From the human T2T-CHM13v2.0 reference genome, Homo sapiens, in assembly GCF_009914755.1 (NCBI RefSeq), contig NC_060925.1: 64,000 nucleotides of DNA; one strand, 5' to 3'. The notes beneath the pieces were generated by a model. The model searched no databases. It was given only the letters and a program-made list of their open reading frames with translations, and was not told the DNA's origin. Below are positions 20,447-38,064 of this stretch, piece after piece; within the stretch, counting starts at the first letter, position 1; each line of letters starts with the position of its first letter. The translations under genes were made by a program, and so were the position numbers.

Positions 20447-21302
<856 letters not shown>

Positions 21303-22284
21303 TACTCATTTACTCTTGATGTCTCCAGGCCCCTCTAGAGGCAAAGCATTTCCATGGAAGCACTCAGCTTCCATGTGGTGTGGATGTAGGCCAGAATGCA
21401 CTCCCTCTCCAAAAGACAGATCCTAGTGAAGTGAAGCACAGCTTTCAAGGGGGTGGGGAGAAGAAAAGCCAGGACTCCTTCCGTGTGGAAGTGTGCTAGG
21501 GGAAGGGGTCTTCTCTCTGACATGTCTCTCTTTTTCAGTCCTCTGCTCAAAAACCCTTGAGTGTCTTCTTGGTTCCTTTTTATTTCGGTATGTACTTTTC
21601 AGGCCGAGCCTGATGATAATACCCTAATAAATAACCCTCTCTGCTCCATCGCCAACCATCCCTCCACCTCCAACATGTGCTGGCTTGTTTGTTTGAACTA
21701 CTTAAAAGTCTCTAAAACTGTCTTGGCTGCCCTGCCACTTCCCTCTACTTTCTAATCATTTATGGCATGCCTACTCTAGGCCAGGACTGTGCCTTCAAGG
21801 AGCTCACAGTCTAGGATAGATAGGTAAGAGCAAATCATTCCAGTACTTAATGATACGTGTTGTGGTACAAGTGGGAGAGTTAGCAGCTCAGCCTGGGGTT
21901 GCAGTGTAGAGTTCTGGACTGCCTGAGAGAAGGAAACAGTTTAGGCCTGAGGTTAGAAGAATGCCAGGTGGCCAGAATGAAATCGAAGAGAATCTGGGAG
22001 AGGAGGGTGTTCTAAATGCTCATGATAACTCATGCCAGGGTCAAAGCACTTGGGGATCTGCAGTGGTTTAGTTTGTCTCAGGCATATAGGACTGGAGAGG
22101 GCCTCAGGTGGTGCTGTTGGGGGATGTCAAGAGCCAGAACCTGGAGGGTCTGCCTTGTTGCTCTGTGAAGCAGTTTGACCTAGTTGTGGTGTAGGGAGCA
22201 GCAGAAGGGTCCCCACCATATGCACCATATGGATTTGGAAATTGAAAACTTTCATAATTCATTCTTTTAAACGCACACACAAAG

Positions 22285-23113
<829 letters not shown>

Positions 23114-23189
23114 AAACCCACAAATATTCTAACAGGTGTCAGGATCTTTCCATATTTGCTTTGTTTGTCCTGTTTTCAATTTGCTGAAG

Positions 23190-23473
23190 TATTTATATTA
23201 AAATTATATTATCTTCATTAGTATATAATGTACATATTTTTGGGGTACATGTTGATACTTTAATACATTAATTTGTAAAGATTAAATCAGTGTAATTGGT
23301 AAATGCATCACCTTAAATATTTGTCTTGTCTTTATGCTAGAAACATTCAAATTATTCTATTTTGAAATGTACAATAGATTATTGTAAACTATAGTCACCC
23401 TACTGATTTGTCAAACACTAGGTCTTATTTCTTCTATCAGACTATATATTTGTGCCCATTAATCTGCCTCTCT
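23190..23473 (-). mobile_element. L1MA-type 3' end inserted in an older L1M fragment
   Basis: TGTACATATTTTTGGGGTACATG...CTATAGTCACCCTACTG; TSD TGCTGAAGTATTT. Confidence 0.75.
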
Positions 23474-23558
23474 GCTGAAGTATTTGAAAGCACATCCCAG
23501 ATACCTTGTCATTTCTTCCCTACTTCAGTGTGTATCTCTGAATAATATGGTCATTTTT

Positions 23559-23869
<311 letters not shown>

Positions 23870-25081
23870 TCACTTTCTTAGATGATAACTATGCCATTAT
23901 TATACCTAAGAAAACTACAAAAATTCTTTAGCATAATTTACTATCCAGTCCATAATCAAATTTCCTCATTGTCCAATCTGTTTTACAGTTGATTGGTTTG
24001 TATCAGGATTAAATCAAGGCCCACACCTTTGATTTGCCGATGATGTTCTGAAGTCTTCCTTAATGTAGGCCAGCGCCTCTCCCCCTTTTTTCCTCACCAT
24101 TGACTTAATCAAGAAGCTGTCATTGATTGTCCAGTAAAGGGTTTTTTAAGTACTGCACTGATGTTTTGGAAGATTGTTCTGGAGGCAGTATAAAGATTTT
24201 GAGGGGGAGGAAGAAGGAGGCAAAATTAGAAATTGTTTAACAGAGGTTCTCTTGAAGGTGGAATTATGGATGATTTCACTTCCTACATTTATGCATCATT
24301 TGAATATTTTTATGATTAACATGTGATTTTTATAACTAAATACTTCTACTTCAGGAAAGGAGGAAAAAAGATTTGAAACAGGGAAACCAATTAGGAACCT
24401 GTTTCTTTAGTCTGAGAGAGAGGTAGTGAGGACCTGTAGGTGGTGGTGATAGGGATGGGGAGCAGAAAATGGACTTGAGAGCTACTTGGAAGGTAGGCAC
24501 ATAGGACTGGGTGACTGGATGGGGGTGAGTCAGAGGGTAGCATGGGGCTTGACTCGGGTTTCCAGCTTTGAGTTCTTGGGATAGGTGGTGGTGTCATCCA
24601 TATAGGATAATGGTTATAAGAAAACTAAAGGGTTTTTAGTGTGGGCCAGGAAATGAGTTGAGTTTGGGTACGTCTAGAGGGGGACTTTTGTGAGGTAGGC
24701 TATGGAGACACATAGACATAGCCTTGAAGCTGGGGTGGGAGGGTTGGTCTGTGGGTGTGGGAGTCACCAGGAGGGCACTGGTGGGCATGGAAGAATGTGT
24801 GTAGAGTGAAGAACAGTTTCACAGTGTGGGGTGACAGGAGAGGGCCCAGGTAGGAGAATGTGAGGGAGCAGCCAGAGGTCAGGAGAACTAGGAAAGAACA
24901 GTGTATCCAGTGCCAGGGCAGGAGAAGAGTTCAAGACAGTGGGAGATATGGCCAAGTGTGCCTTGTATTAAAGGGCAGGGTCCTGCCAAGTGGGGGAAGT
25001 TGAAGAGGTAGTGATTGGATTCTGGGGATCTAAGGAAGTGGGAGTGCAGGTGGAGGGACAGGAGGGGATGGCTGCAGATAG

Positions 25082-25381
<300 letters not shown>

Positions 25382-26955
25382 TGTGTTTTTAAATTGTGGT
25401 AATATATACACGGTATGAGATTTACCTGTTTTAACAGTTTTTTTAGTAAACAGTTCAGTGGCAGTAAGTACATTCACTTTGTTGGGCCACTGTCACCAGA
25501 ATGCAGATGGTTTTGAGGTGGGAGGAGATGGGGAATTTATCTCTGAGGGTCGCCTAGAGTAGTCAGATAACTACCTCTGCTTAGTGCAACCCAGCCCTTT
25601 TCAAAAGCCACTACTCTTAGAAACACTTCATTGCTTTCCATCTAGTTCCCTTTCTTCTTTGAAGCCCTAGAGTACTAGTTTCTTAATGCCCTTGCCATAG
25701 GCTGGTGAAGAATATAACCTTCTAGAAGCTGGGCCCTGTGCCACATTCATCCTCATTTCTTGAGTTACCAGCACGGTCCAGAGGGCTTGGCCTATGAAAC
25801 CCTCTGTAATGAGGATGGAATGAGTAAATGGAAGGTCAGGTTTGTTTTAGTAAGAAGCCACCATCAGAATTAATTGACTGGGAGGAATAAGGGACAGATA
25901 GTCAAGGTTTGGGGGCAGAAGCTGAGCAACTTTGTCCATCCCTGGAGAGGTCTTGTAGCACTGGATCTATATTTGTAGACAACTGGGTTCCTTAGAGCAC
26001 CCTTATGTTCCCCCACCCCCACTTTAAGCATCCCCAAGCTGTAATCTGGGCTGCCTGCTGTTCAGTTTCCATGCCACCATCTATGTCAAGGGCCTTTTTT
26101 AGGTCAGTCTGGTAAACTGCAGTTTTTGGTAAAAGCACCCTGGCTGGCTGACACTGCCGAAACTGTAGAGTTTTCATTACCTACTGACTGAGCCACAGCC
26201 ATATGTCTGCTGCAGAAGTTCTTGTTAGTTCAAGCTACTTTGAAAAGTGAGTTCCCAAAACAAGGTGGGAGAACAATTGGTTCTTCTCTGTACAGAATAA
26301 ACCCTATCAGGAACACTAACCTTGACCCTGGTGCCAGATGTTGGATGAGGGAGGAAAGAACTCAGGAGCCTTGAGTTCCAGCTTTCTTCAGGCAGGGCCC
26401 TGGGAGTCTGCCTGCTATCCCGCCCTGTCTGCAAAAAGAGCCCTCTGGGGAAGGGTTTATTACTACCGTTTTACTGGTGGGGCTGCTACTCATCCAGGCT
26501 CACACAGCTGCTAGTTGGTCGAACCCTGACCTTTCTGTTATATACTGAGGGAATTTAGAAACTGGAGCAATCCCAGGGAAGGCAGCACCATGAGAAGGGT
26601 GCGGATGCCATGGTAGCAGGAGGAGTACTGTCCAGGAGATGAGGAAATGTGAAAAGATATTCAAATCTTTGAATGGACCTGACTACTTTGGTCAGAGGCA
26701 GCATGACGGTAGTGGAAAGGGCTCAGACTTCGGACTTGGACACCAGGTCTCCCTCCCTGAGGTTAGAGATCACGTCTTGTTTTTCTCTGCATTGCCAAAA
26801 CAAGTATTCCCACCGTATACTGGGTATATAAGAGGTGCTGTGAATATACTGATCATGGAAAAGGTGTCCTCTTCCCTTCCCAAGCTGCATTCTGGTGTTC
26901 TTGACCTTCACCCTTCCACCTCCTTTGGAACTTGGATCTTAGGTACCTCCTACCC

Positions 26956-27438
26956 TGTATTTGTTTCCTATTGCTGCTATAACAAGGTACCACAAACACA
27001 GAGGCTGAAACACTTGTTCTCTTATGGTTCTTCAGTTCAGAAGTCTGAAATGGGTTTCACTGAGCTAAAGTGAAGGCATCAGCAGGGCTGTGTACCTTCC
27101 TGGAGGCTCTCAGGGGAGGACCCATTTCCTTGCCCTTTCCAGCCTCCCTGGGCTGCCCACATTCCTTGGCTCCTGGACCTCTAGGTCCATTGTCAAAGGC
27201 AGCGGCATCCAGCCAAGTGTCTCTGGCATCACATCACTCGGACAGACTCTTCTGCTTCCTTCTTCTGTTGTAAGCCCCATTGGGATTACATTGGGCCCAC
27301 CTGGATGATCCAGGGTACGCTCCCTATTTTAAACACTATCTGATTAGCAATCTTAATTCTCCTTTACCATGTTAGAATAACATATTCACAGGGATTGGGA
27401 TGTGGGCATATTGGGGAACCATTATTCTCTCTACCAAA
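26956..27438 (-). mobile_element. MaLR solo LTR (MLT1D-like)
   Basis: TGTATTTGTTTCCTATTGCTGCTATAACAA...CTACCAAA; 5-bp TSD TACCC/TATCC. Confidence 0.8.
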
Positions 27439-28407
27439 TATCCTACTATCTCCCTTTCACAAGCTGCTGCTTTGCCTATAAAGCCAAGCTCATGAAGCCC
27501 CTATCATAGCTAAAATACAATTCTAGAGGAAATTTCCTTCTCAAACTATGATCTCATTTTTCCCTTGATCTTCTCAAAAATACTCCACGACGTATTCACT
27601 CCTTAGTTTCTTATTCTTTGTCCACCGGAACTTATCTCAAAAAACAGTCCTCATAGCTCCCCGTTGCTGAGTGAGTCCCTTGGCCACTTCCCTGCTCAGC
27701 TCTTCTATGTTCTTTGACCTGTGGATCTCCCCCTCCCTGAAGCCGTCCCCTTCTTCTCTTTCTGGTATTCCTCTTACCTGTCTGCTTCTGAGTCTCCTTT
27801 TCTCCCTTCTCTTCTTCCTCCTGTCCCTGGAAGGCTTAGTCAATTCATCATCCAAGACAATCTCATCTTCTCCCACCATTGTAATTCTGAACCTGGTGCT
27901 GCGGATTCCCAGATCTTGCTCTGACTTCTTTTCTGAACCCCCAGTCTGAATTTCTTATTGCCTCCCCTGGGTATTTCCAAATGAAAAGACCCTTGGGTAC
28001 ATGTTGTGTACCCTACACAGCTTGTTTAACCTGGTTTGTTATTAGCCCCCACTTCCTCCACATGAGCCCTCTTAAAGCCTGTCACCTTGGTGGTCCAGGC
28101 TAGAAATCCCCACCGTTTCTGGCTTCTTTATTCCCATCCTTTTTTTCCCTAGTCTGCCACAGCCCACAGGTTTAGGCCTATTGTCCAGGTGCCCCCAAAG
28201 TGATGGCGGGGGCAGGTCGGGGGGAAACAAGAATATTATTGGGGTATAGGAATAAAGCAAAATGAACTTTGTTTTTATCTTAACCTTTTATAGTCTGTTT
28301 TTGCTTTAAAATATGCATATGTGCATTAATATTAGTATATGTAATTGATTAGTAAGTAATATATAGGTTGGGGGTACATGCTCCTAAATTTTCTATTTAC
28401 ATGGTAA

Positions 28408-28890
<483 letters not shown>

Positions 28891-30178
28891 TTTAGACAGT
28901 TGATATAGTTCCGGTCTGATTAAGTCTATGGTCATGTAAGTCTTCATGGACATCAGTAGGAAAAGGTCCCTGATATCCTCACTCCACCATACTCCTCCAT
29001 ACTGCTGCAGCATCCTTACTCACGTAAGCACAGATCACATCTTCTTTGCTTCTCTACACCTTCTTCTTTTCCTGGGCAGGCCTTTGCACACAGTAGGTGC
29101 CCAGTGAATATTTGTTGAATGAATGGCAAATGGATGGCAAAACTTGTTGGCAAAATGTATGTTTGGAAGAGCAGGTTCTGTTTTTCCTGGACATGGCCTG
29201 TTCAGAAGTTGTTTTCTCTTGGCATTCCAACTGTGGTCCTTAACTCCTGGGGCTCTGTGTAGTTGCACATGGAGTCTGTAGGCCCAGGGTGTGTTCTCTG
29301 AAGTAGCACTGCAGCATTTATGGCATTGGTTTTTGTCACAGTTGCAAAGTGGCCCTCTTTCAGGCCTCATTTCCTTGCTTAATGGATTTTGCTAACCCTG
29401 CATCTCCTGATGTCAGTATAACCAAGTTTTAAATACGTTGGTTAGAAAGAAACCCTTCTGTAGTGTTTCTGAGTCAATCCTGTACATTTAAATCTAATTA
29501 CATTTGCTCTGACATTATGTAAATGCAGTCTTAAATCAACCTTTCCCTTTGCAAGCCAGGCCAGAGTTTCAGATGCACTTTCTGTCCTGGCTGATGTTCT
29601 CCCCTGGAGAAGCAGCAGCTAACTGAGGAATGAACAGTATCTGCTAGCGCGAAGTCTTGGCAGTGTATAAGGAGAAGGTGGCCTATTTTACTTTTAATAG
29701 GTCAGCTGCTGCTCACCCCTTTGGGTGTCCCCTAGACACTCCTGGGTGGCCCAGCTGCCTGGCACATTGTAACAGGTACTGTTGACCTACTGGGCCAAGG
29801 AAAGGGGCACCTAGGCTCCTTGGGGGCTCTCTCACTTGGGCCACCTTGGTAGTCTCATAGCAGTGAGCTTAAGGGACCGGGCAAGCCTCTCTCAGAGCTG
29901 GAGCAGGCTTGTTTTTGGTACACTGGTTTCAGGCTGCTCCTAAGAAGGCCAAGAACTACACTTGGGTTTTGCCCTAAATTTACATAATCCTGGTTCAGAC
30001 TAGTTTGGTACGTGGTATTGTCATTTGGCTTTTTCTAAGATAGGTATTTTCTGTTTGGTATTATATGTCTTTTTGTTTCTCTGTGCCCCTCTCTTTCCTT
30101 TGGTTTTCATTGTAAGGGTGACTTGTGCTGTGTCTCAAGTGGAGACAAGACCAATTTAATTTCTTGTGGTTTGCCCAG

Positions 30179-30299
30179 GTTGCAGATGAATACATGTTTT
30201 CCCTAGAAGAGAATAAGAAGTCCAAGGGACGCCGTCAGCCTTTAAGCAAGCTCCCCCGCCATCACCCACTTGTGCTGCAGGAGTGTGTCAGTGATGATG
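30179..30299 (+). CDS. KDM4A: KDM4A exon 12 (VADEYMFSLEE...ECVSDD)
   Basis: cccag|GTT acceptor, ATG|gtaagt donor; 121 nt. Confidence 0.96.
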
Positions 30300-30717
30300 G
30301 TAAGTGTTGTTTTTTCTTCACCAGGAGGAAAGCAGCTCACCACATTAGACTTGACAGGACAGGACATCAGAAGGCCAAGCTGAGGGATAAGGGTGGGCCT
30401 GTGGCTTAGCTGCTCTTCCAGATATTCCATAAAGAGAGGACCGGATTTCCTTATATCTAATTGACTAACCAGATTCCATTATAAGTTTGAGTATCTTGCA
30501 GTGTACCTTAATAGGGGATAATTGCAGGCAGGTTTTTTCCTTTCTTTTCCTGGGAGGTACAAGGCTGATTTTTCAGGACAGAAAATCCTGTCAGTGATGC
30601 AAAGCCCTGTGGTGTATATGTGGCTGCAAAGATAACTAAGATATGTCCGTGCCCTCAAGACACTCACAGGGTGGTGGGGAAACTGGACAGGTAAACAGAT
30701 CTCAAGAAAGAAGAGGT

Positions 30718-31072
<355 letters not shown>

Positions 31073-31981
31073 TCAGAGGAACTACAGTCAGCTCAGTGTG
31101 GCTGGAGCTGGAGGGCAAGGCCAGGGAGTGATAGGTGGAGTAGGAGGAGGGGGACCAGATCCTGGATAGCGTTATCATGGAGGCCAGAGTGAGGACTTTG
31201 TCTTACTGGCATTCAGGAGCCAGTGACATGTTTTAAGCAGAGGAATGACAGAGTCATTTAGATTCCTTTAGAAAAGATCGCTCCTAGTGCTGGCATCTTG
31301 AGGATGGCTTTGAGAGGACCACATAGGCTTCCGTAATGGTCTGCCTGCAATATGAAGGTCTGAAGTAGGATGGTGGTGGTAGGGAATATATTTGGAAGAT
31401 AAAATCAACTGGATTTGGTGACTGGCTGTGAAGCTATGAGGATGGTAGTTGAGGAGGATGAGTTGAGTGCCTCCCCGGTTTGTAGCTTTGGTTGGGGAAA
31501 CCTGAGTTCAGTGTCTATGGAGGATGTAGACTTAGGAGTTGGCACTGAGGTGACATTGGATACAATTGTTGGAATAATGAGGCCGATCTTGGGGAGGGGA
31601 CCAAGGGGGGTGAGCAGACGCTGGGGCTAGGTGGACAGAGGAGGGAGGGGAGCCTGTGAAGGAGGCAGAGAAGCAGGGTAAGCAGCCATGTGTAAGGAAA
31701 ACCAGGAAATGTGGCACTGAAGCTCAGGGTGTGTTGACATCAGTGGAGCATGGTCTCCTTGGCTGCCTGAAGCCCAGAGATCCAGGATGATCATCACTGC
31801 CGAGCCTCAGCTCCAGCTTGGTTGGTGACTGGGCCCTGGCACCTTCAGGGAGAGCAGAGTCAATCGTACATGTTACTCTTGACTAACATCAGGCCCTGTC
31901 CTACCTGGTCCTCTCCTTCCTGATCTGATGTCAGTGCCCCATCTCTGCTGTTTTTTTTTTTCAGTAGAAAGATCATGGTAT

Positions 31982-32280
<299 letters not shown>

Positions 32281-32627
32281 TCATGATAAACAGGGTGGGG
32301 AATATCCCTTCTGTCCTCCAGTCAGAAGTGTGGCAGGACCCTGAGTCAGGTCCTAGGAAGTTCTCTGTGTTCTTATTCCAGCTCAGACAGGAGCTTCAGG
32401 TTCTCTGGGTAGCACCTGCCTATCTCCCTGATTGGTTTAAAGCAATATAGACTGCAGGAAACTGGAAAAGTTACCAAGAGGAATACAAAATTACCCTTAA
32501 AAGATGACCATTTTGAATATATTAACATATTATCTTCCTGGCTTTTCTCTAGTCAGATATTAGAGTATGTCCATGTATATCTTTTTAAAATAATGCAGTT
32601 GAGATAATACACAACCTCTCCCCCTAC

Positions 32628-33141
<514 letters not shown>

Positions 33142-34439
33142 TAATCTTCAGTCCATGCCCATCTTTCCCTGCATGTCCCAAGAATGTGTTTTATAGTTAT
33201 TTCTTTTGAACTCTAATATAAATCAAACTAAGGTCACATACTGTATTTGGAAGTTATGTTTCTTTACTGTTGTATGCCCCTCCCCCTACTTTTAAAAAAA
33301 TTTCAATTCAAGCATAACAATTCAGTGATATGCACACATTTTAACTGTACAGCTCAATGAAATTTTACATATGTAAACTGTATAATTTTGCTTCCTGCAA
33401 TTTTCACTTAACGTAGTGAACATTTTCCCTCATCATTCAGTATTCACAAATGGAATGATCTGGGGCCACTTTTGGCTTTGTAAATGGAACAGATGTCAGT
33501 GTGTTAATTTTTTAGTTGTGAGTGTGAGCCTGCCTATCTGTTTCTGTTTCTTCCATTCTATCTTGGTCACTCCTGTTTGGCCAGGATAAAGAAAAAAATC
33601 TGTGCTTGGGTTCTGGGCACCATGGCTCCTGATTACAACTGAACGATGGGGCATATAGGGGTTGATTTTAATTGTCTGCGTTGGTGTCCTTAGGGTACAC
33701 TGAGGCGGCGCACAATGGCAGCTGCCAGATGCCTTCAGATTAAACATGACTATGAGGGCAGCGTAGAATACTATCTGCACTGAGCTGGAGTTGCCAGAAA
33801 TGAAGAAACAGGCACCTAATGGAAGTACAGACCAGAGCTTTCCTTGGCTGCTTGGAACAGGTTTCAGGGGCCTTTGGGAAAGCACCTCTGTTTGGGAAGA
33901 AGGAGGGTCATAGCTGGGGACTGATGATGCCATTCAAAGCGAGATGCATGGATCCCCTGGGATGCCCCGTGTGATGGGGCTGGCAGAGAGCCAGTCTCCT
34001 GTCAGGGGCCGCATACTTGGGCCTTGCTTGGTCACACTTGCCAAAGAAAGGCATAGCAACTCTAGCTTCATACCTCCCTCACATGGTAGAGCATCTGGAG
34101 AAACATTTTGGACATCTACCAAAGACTGCGCTCATTTACTTATACCTTCAGAATTATGGCGTTTCCTTTACTTCCCTGTTTCTGTTTCCTTGTTTCTGCT
34201 GGGAGCTTGTGGACTATGCCCCTGTTTCACTGATTTAGGAAGAACTGGGAAGTGTGCACCTTTATCACTTACATGAGTTTTGTGAGCAAACTTTTTTTGT
34301 TTTCCACTCAGCAGTATGTCCCCTTTCTTGTAGGAAGATGCACCCAGAGGGGATTTTTCCTTCCCAGGCCTTAGTGAAGTCTGATGAGTTGTATGCCCTG
34401 CTGTCTAGCATACCTAGGAGACACCATCTGTCATGACCA

Positions 34440-34785
34440 CGGATATATAAAGGGCCAGGAAGTCAGTATTTTAGGCTTTACAGTCTTCATTGGTCTCTGT
34501 GGTTGTCACTGTTTTTTTTTTTTAAGCCCCAATGCTGAAAATGTAAAAACAAAGCTGGGTGCAGTGGCTCATGCCTGTAGTCCAAGCTACTTGGGCAGCT
34601 GTGATGGGAGGATCACTTGAGCCCAGGAGTTTGAGGCTGTGGTGAGCTATGATCGCACATGTAAATAGCCACTGTACTCCAGCCTGGGCAACATAGCAAG
34701 ACCCCATCATAAAAATGTAAAAACAATTCTTAGCTTCCTCAGTGGGCTGGATTCAGCCTGCAGGATATTGTTTGCCAGCGTCAGG
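34440..34785. mobile_element. MER58-like hAT MITE interrupted by an Alu monomer (34553-34712)
   Basis: AAGGGCCAG...TATTTTAGGCTTT and GGGCTGGATT motifs; Alu TSD AAAATGTAAAAACA. Confidence 0.7.
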
Positions 34786-35405
34786 CATCACATCTTGTGG
34801 CTGGGAAGAGGATTCATCTTGGACATGTAGCTCTGCTCTAGGAGGGGTTGGGGAGCCTTGTCCAGAATAGGTACATACTGCTGACCTTTCCAGAGGAAGC
34901 TGGTAAGTCCTGGCCAAGGACCATGATATTACAACTTTTAAGCTTTGCCAATTCCCTGTTATTTTCCTTCCTTGTTTAGTTGCACTAAAGGGAAAACTCT
35001 AAAAGGTAAAGGACTTAACAGGCTGACGTTTTGGAGGCAGCAAATAAGATGGTTTTTGGCAAGATGGTGCTTCATTCTGCTGTCCTTGGGCAGAAGGGCT
35101 GAATGTGGCAGCTGTTAAGGGAGAGTAGAGCAAGCTGAGCTCGTGGGGCAGGAGGAAGAATGGAGGCCATGAGTCAGTCTGGCCAGAGAATGGGGTACTG
35201 GCAGGACTCCCTACACATCATCAAGATACTGAAGGAGTCTATTGACAGTTGCTTCCACCCTTTGCCTTTATCATCCTTAGGAATTCAGGAGTCACCCTTC
35301 GTCCAAACCTAGGATCAGGAGTCCTAGTGGAACTCATCTGTTCTCCAGGCAGAGCCACAGATGTGCAGGGTTAGTGCTGACTCACACTTCTGTTTCCTCC
35401 TCTAG

Positions 35406-35587
35406 AGACATCTGAACAGCTGACCCCTGAGGAAGAGGCTGAGGAGACAGAGGCCTGGGCCAAGCCTCTGAGCCAACTGTGGCAGAACCGACCTCCAAAC
35501 TTTGAGGCTGAGAAGGAATTCAATGAGACCATGGCCCAACAGGCCCCTCACTGCGCTGTCTGTATGATCTTCCAGACTTATCATCAG
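35406..35587 (+). CDS. KDM4A: KDM4A exon 13 (ETSEQLTPEE...CAVCMIFQTYHQ)
   Basis: tctag|AG acceptor, CAG|gtaacc donor; 182 nt. Confidence 0.95.
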
Positions 35588-36817
35588 GTAACCCAGCTCC
35601 ATGCACTCTGTTTACCCAGGACCAGCAATCATAGGGAAGCTAGATTTAATTGTGAGTATATAGCTTGTCACTGGTTGTCTTGGGAAAGGCCACCTCCACC
35701 CCCAGCATTCTCTGCCCCATCTGTGTATTGGTCAGTCTTCTCCAGGCAGATAACCCAGCAACGTGGGTTTCAATTGAGAATGCTTTGGAGATGAGCTGAG
35801 GGTGGGCTTAGGCTCCCCTTTGCACATGCAGTCATCACAGACATCAGTTTGCAGAGCAATCTGCATTTCTGTTATTCTAGTCCGTGGTTATTCCTGCCAA
35901 GTGGTTTATAGTCCTGGCCAGGGTGGAGAACTGTGATTTCCTTACCACAGTCTGAACCTCAGCTGAAAAGCCAGATCCTCTAATGTTGTTTTTCCTTTCC
36001 CATTGCCACAATGCGTGTTGCCAGTAGCAGAAGGAACTTGGGAGGGGTGGAAGCAAGGGCCTGATATGTGAGGAGGGGCTGGGAAGCAAGATTGCTGAGC
36101 TCAGCTGTGTGCCTCCTGCTCTGGGGCATCTGTGGCTTCATTGGTGGATCTCTTTGGGTCCAGCTCTAGGATGCCAGGAAGGCATTCACAGCAGCAGGTG
36201 CCAGGGGACCAGCTCAGTCTCAGCTGGGACCTGCACAGCATAGCAGGTAGGTAAGTGGTCCTTACCTGCTGTGGTGGTTAAAGTGGCATGGCTGCCGCTG
36301 AGCCTGGCAGGGCCCCAGATTCATGCTTGCTGAAAATGGAACCTCAGACCAACACACTTTGGATTAGGAACTCACTAAACCTTTCCATTGACAAAAAGCA
36401 AAACCAAAGCCTTTGCCTATGAGGGGAGTGAATGGCTGGGTTCTTACTATAAGCAGATCTACTAAGTAGGAGTTTCACAAATGGCATAGGCTCTGGGGTT
36501 GACATCTTTCTGGGCCTCATCCTTGGAATGGAGATGCAGGTGCCATCCAGCAGATATTTGCAATCAGTATAGTTTGCCAAGGGAAGTATGTGGATTTAAG
36601 TTCTTCCTGGAGGGACCCTGAGCCAGGAATCACACAGGTGGGGCTCCAGCCATGTGACAGTGCTGCAGTTCAGGTGACCTGCTGACAGGCACAAGAGGCA
36701 ATTAGTGCTGGCCTACTAGGAGCATCTGCTCTGGGTACACTCCTGAGGTGGGGTCACCGCACAGTGTAGCACGTAAGGGAGCCCACAGTAGCAGCCTAGC
36801 TGCTAACATCTCCGTGC

Positions 36818-37039
36818 ATTTTTTTTTTTTTTAGACGGAGTCTCAGTCTGTTGCCCAGGCTGGAGTGCAGCTGGGACTACAGGCACACACCATCACACCC
36901 AGCTAATTTTTGGATTCTTAGTACAGACGGGGTTTCACCATGTTGGCTAGGCTGGTCTTGGACTCCTGACCTCTGGTGATCCACCCGCCTCGGCCTCCCG
37001 AAGTGCTGGAATTACAGGCGTGAGCCACCTCACCTGGCC
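36818..37039 (-). mobile_element. AluS with an internal right-arm deletion of about 70 nt
   Basis: GGAGTGCAG|CTGGGACTAC junction; TSD TCTC(C/A)GTGCATTTT. Confidence 0.9.
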
Positions 37040-37336
37040 TCTCAGTGCATTTTATTAACCACTTTCTTTGGGAAGATTGAAATCCCAGTTGCCTCTTACC
37101 TTGCTCCCTTTTCTCAGTTGTCCCCTAGGGGCCTTTGTATGATGCTGCTGTGAGAAACTGAATTTGAGTCATTACAGGTAACTTCAATTAGCAGCTCCGG
37201 GATAATGGCTGTGCACCCGGGAGCTGTAGCCATAGTCAGATCGGTAAGAGAGCCAGCTTTCTGCTGATAGAGCAGGTGGAAAGCTAAGAGCATAGGCACG
37301 TGCTCACTGAGGTGTACACTTGTTCTTTCCCCTTAG

Positions 37337-37541
37337 GTTGAATTTGGAGGCTTTAATCAGAACTGTGGAAATGCTTCAGATTTAGCCCCCCAGAAGCAGA
37401 GGACCAAGCCATTGATTCCAGAAATGTGCTTCACTTCGACTGGCTGCAGCACGGACATCAACCTTTCTACTCCTTATCTTGAGGAGGATGGCACCAGCAT
37501 ACTCGTTTCCTGCAAGAAGTGCAGCGTCCGGGTCCATGCCA
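37337..37541 (+). CDS. KDM4A: KDM4A exon 14 (start of PHD1)
   Basis: cttag|GTT acceptor, CCA|gtgagt donor; 205 nt; ...LVSCKKCSVRVHA. Confidence 0.96.
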
Positions 37542-37987
37542 GTGAGTGCTGCTCACCTTTCTCTGTGTCCTGTCCCAGGAGTATGGGCCTGCTCACTGGA
37601 AGTTCTTGCCACCTCCTGGCCTCCCAGCCCCAAAAAGATTGTTGATGTTTTATTGGGGAGTCTGTTGCTAGCTGATTTTTCACTGTCTCCAGGGGTCCAT
37701 ACTGGCACTAGTCATCTCTTTGCCATCCTCTTGGTTGCAGATAGCAGAAAGGGATTAGTCCCTGCCACTTACTAGGTGTTTGTACCAGTGAATCTACAGT
37801 TTTTGACTTTTTGAGACTTTGAGCCATACTGTATGCCTGAGCCCTGGGGACTCAGACTAAAGAAAACTAAGGGGTTTCTGTGAGATTTGGTTGTAGCTTT
37901 GGGAGGTGGTATATGGAAAGGAATTGCAAATCTACCTTTTGACTCTGACCACTGGGTTTAATTTGCTCATCTTGGTGTCCCTGTTAG

Positions 37988-38064
37988 GTTGCTATGGGGT
38001 CCCCCCTGCAAAGGCTTCTGAAGACTGGATGTGTTCTCGGTGTTCAGCCAATGCCCTAGAGGAG
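37988..38064 (+). CDS. KDM4A: KDM4A exon 15 (PHD1; CYGVPPAKASEDWMCSRCSANALEE)
   Basis: gttag|GT acceptor, GAG|gtgagt donor; 77 nt. Confidence 0.96.
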
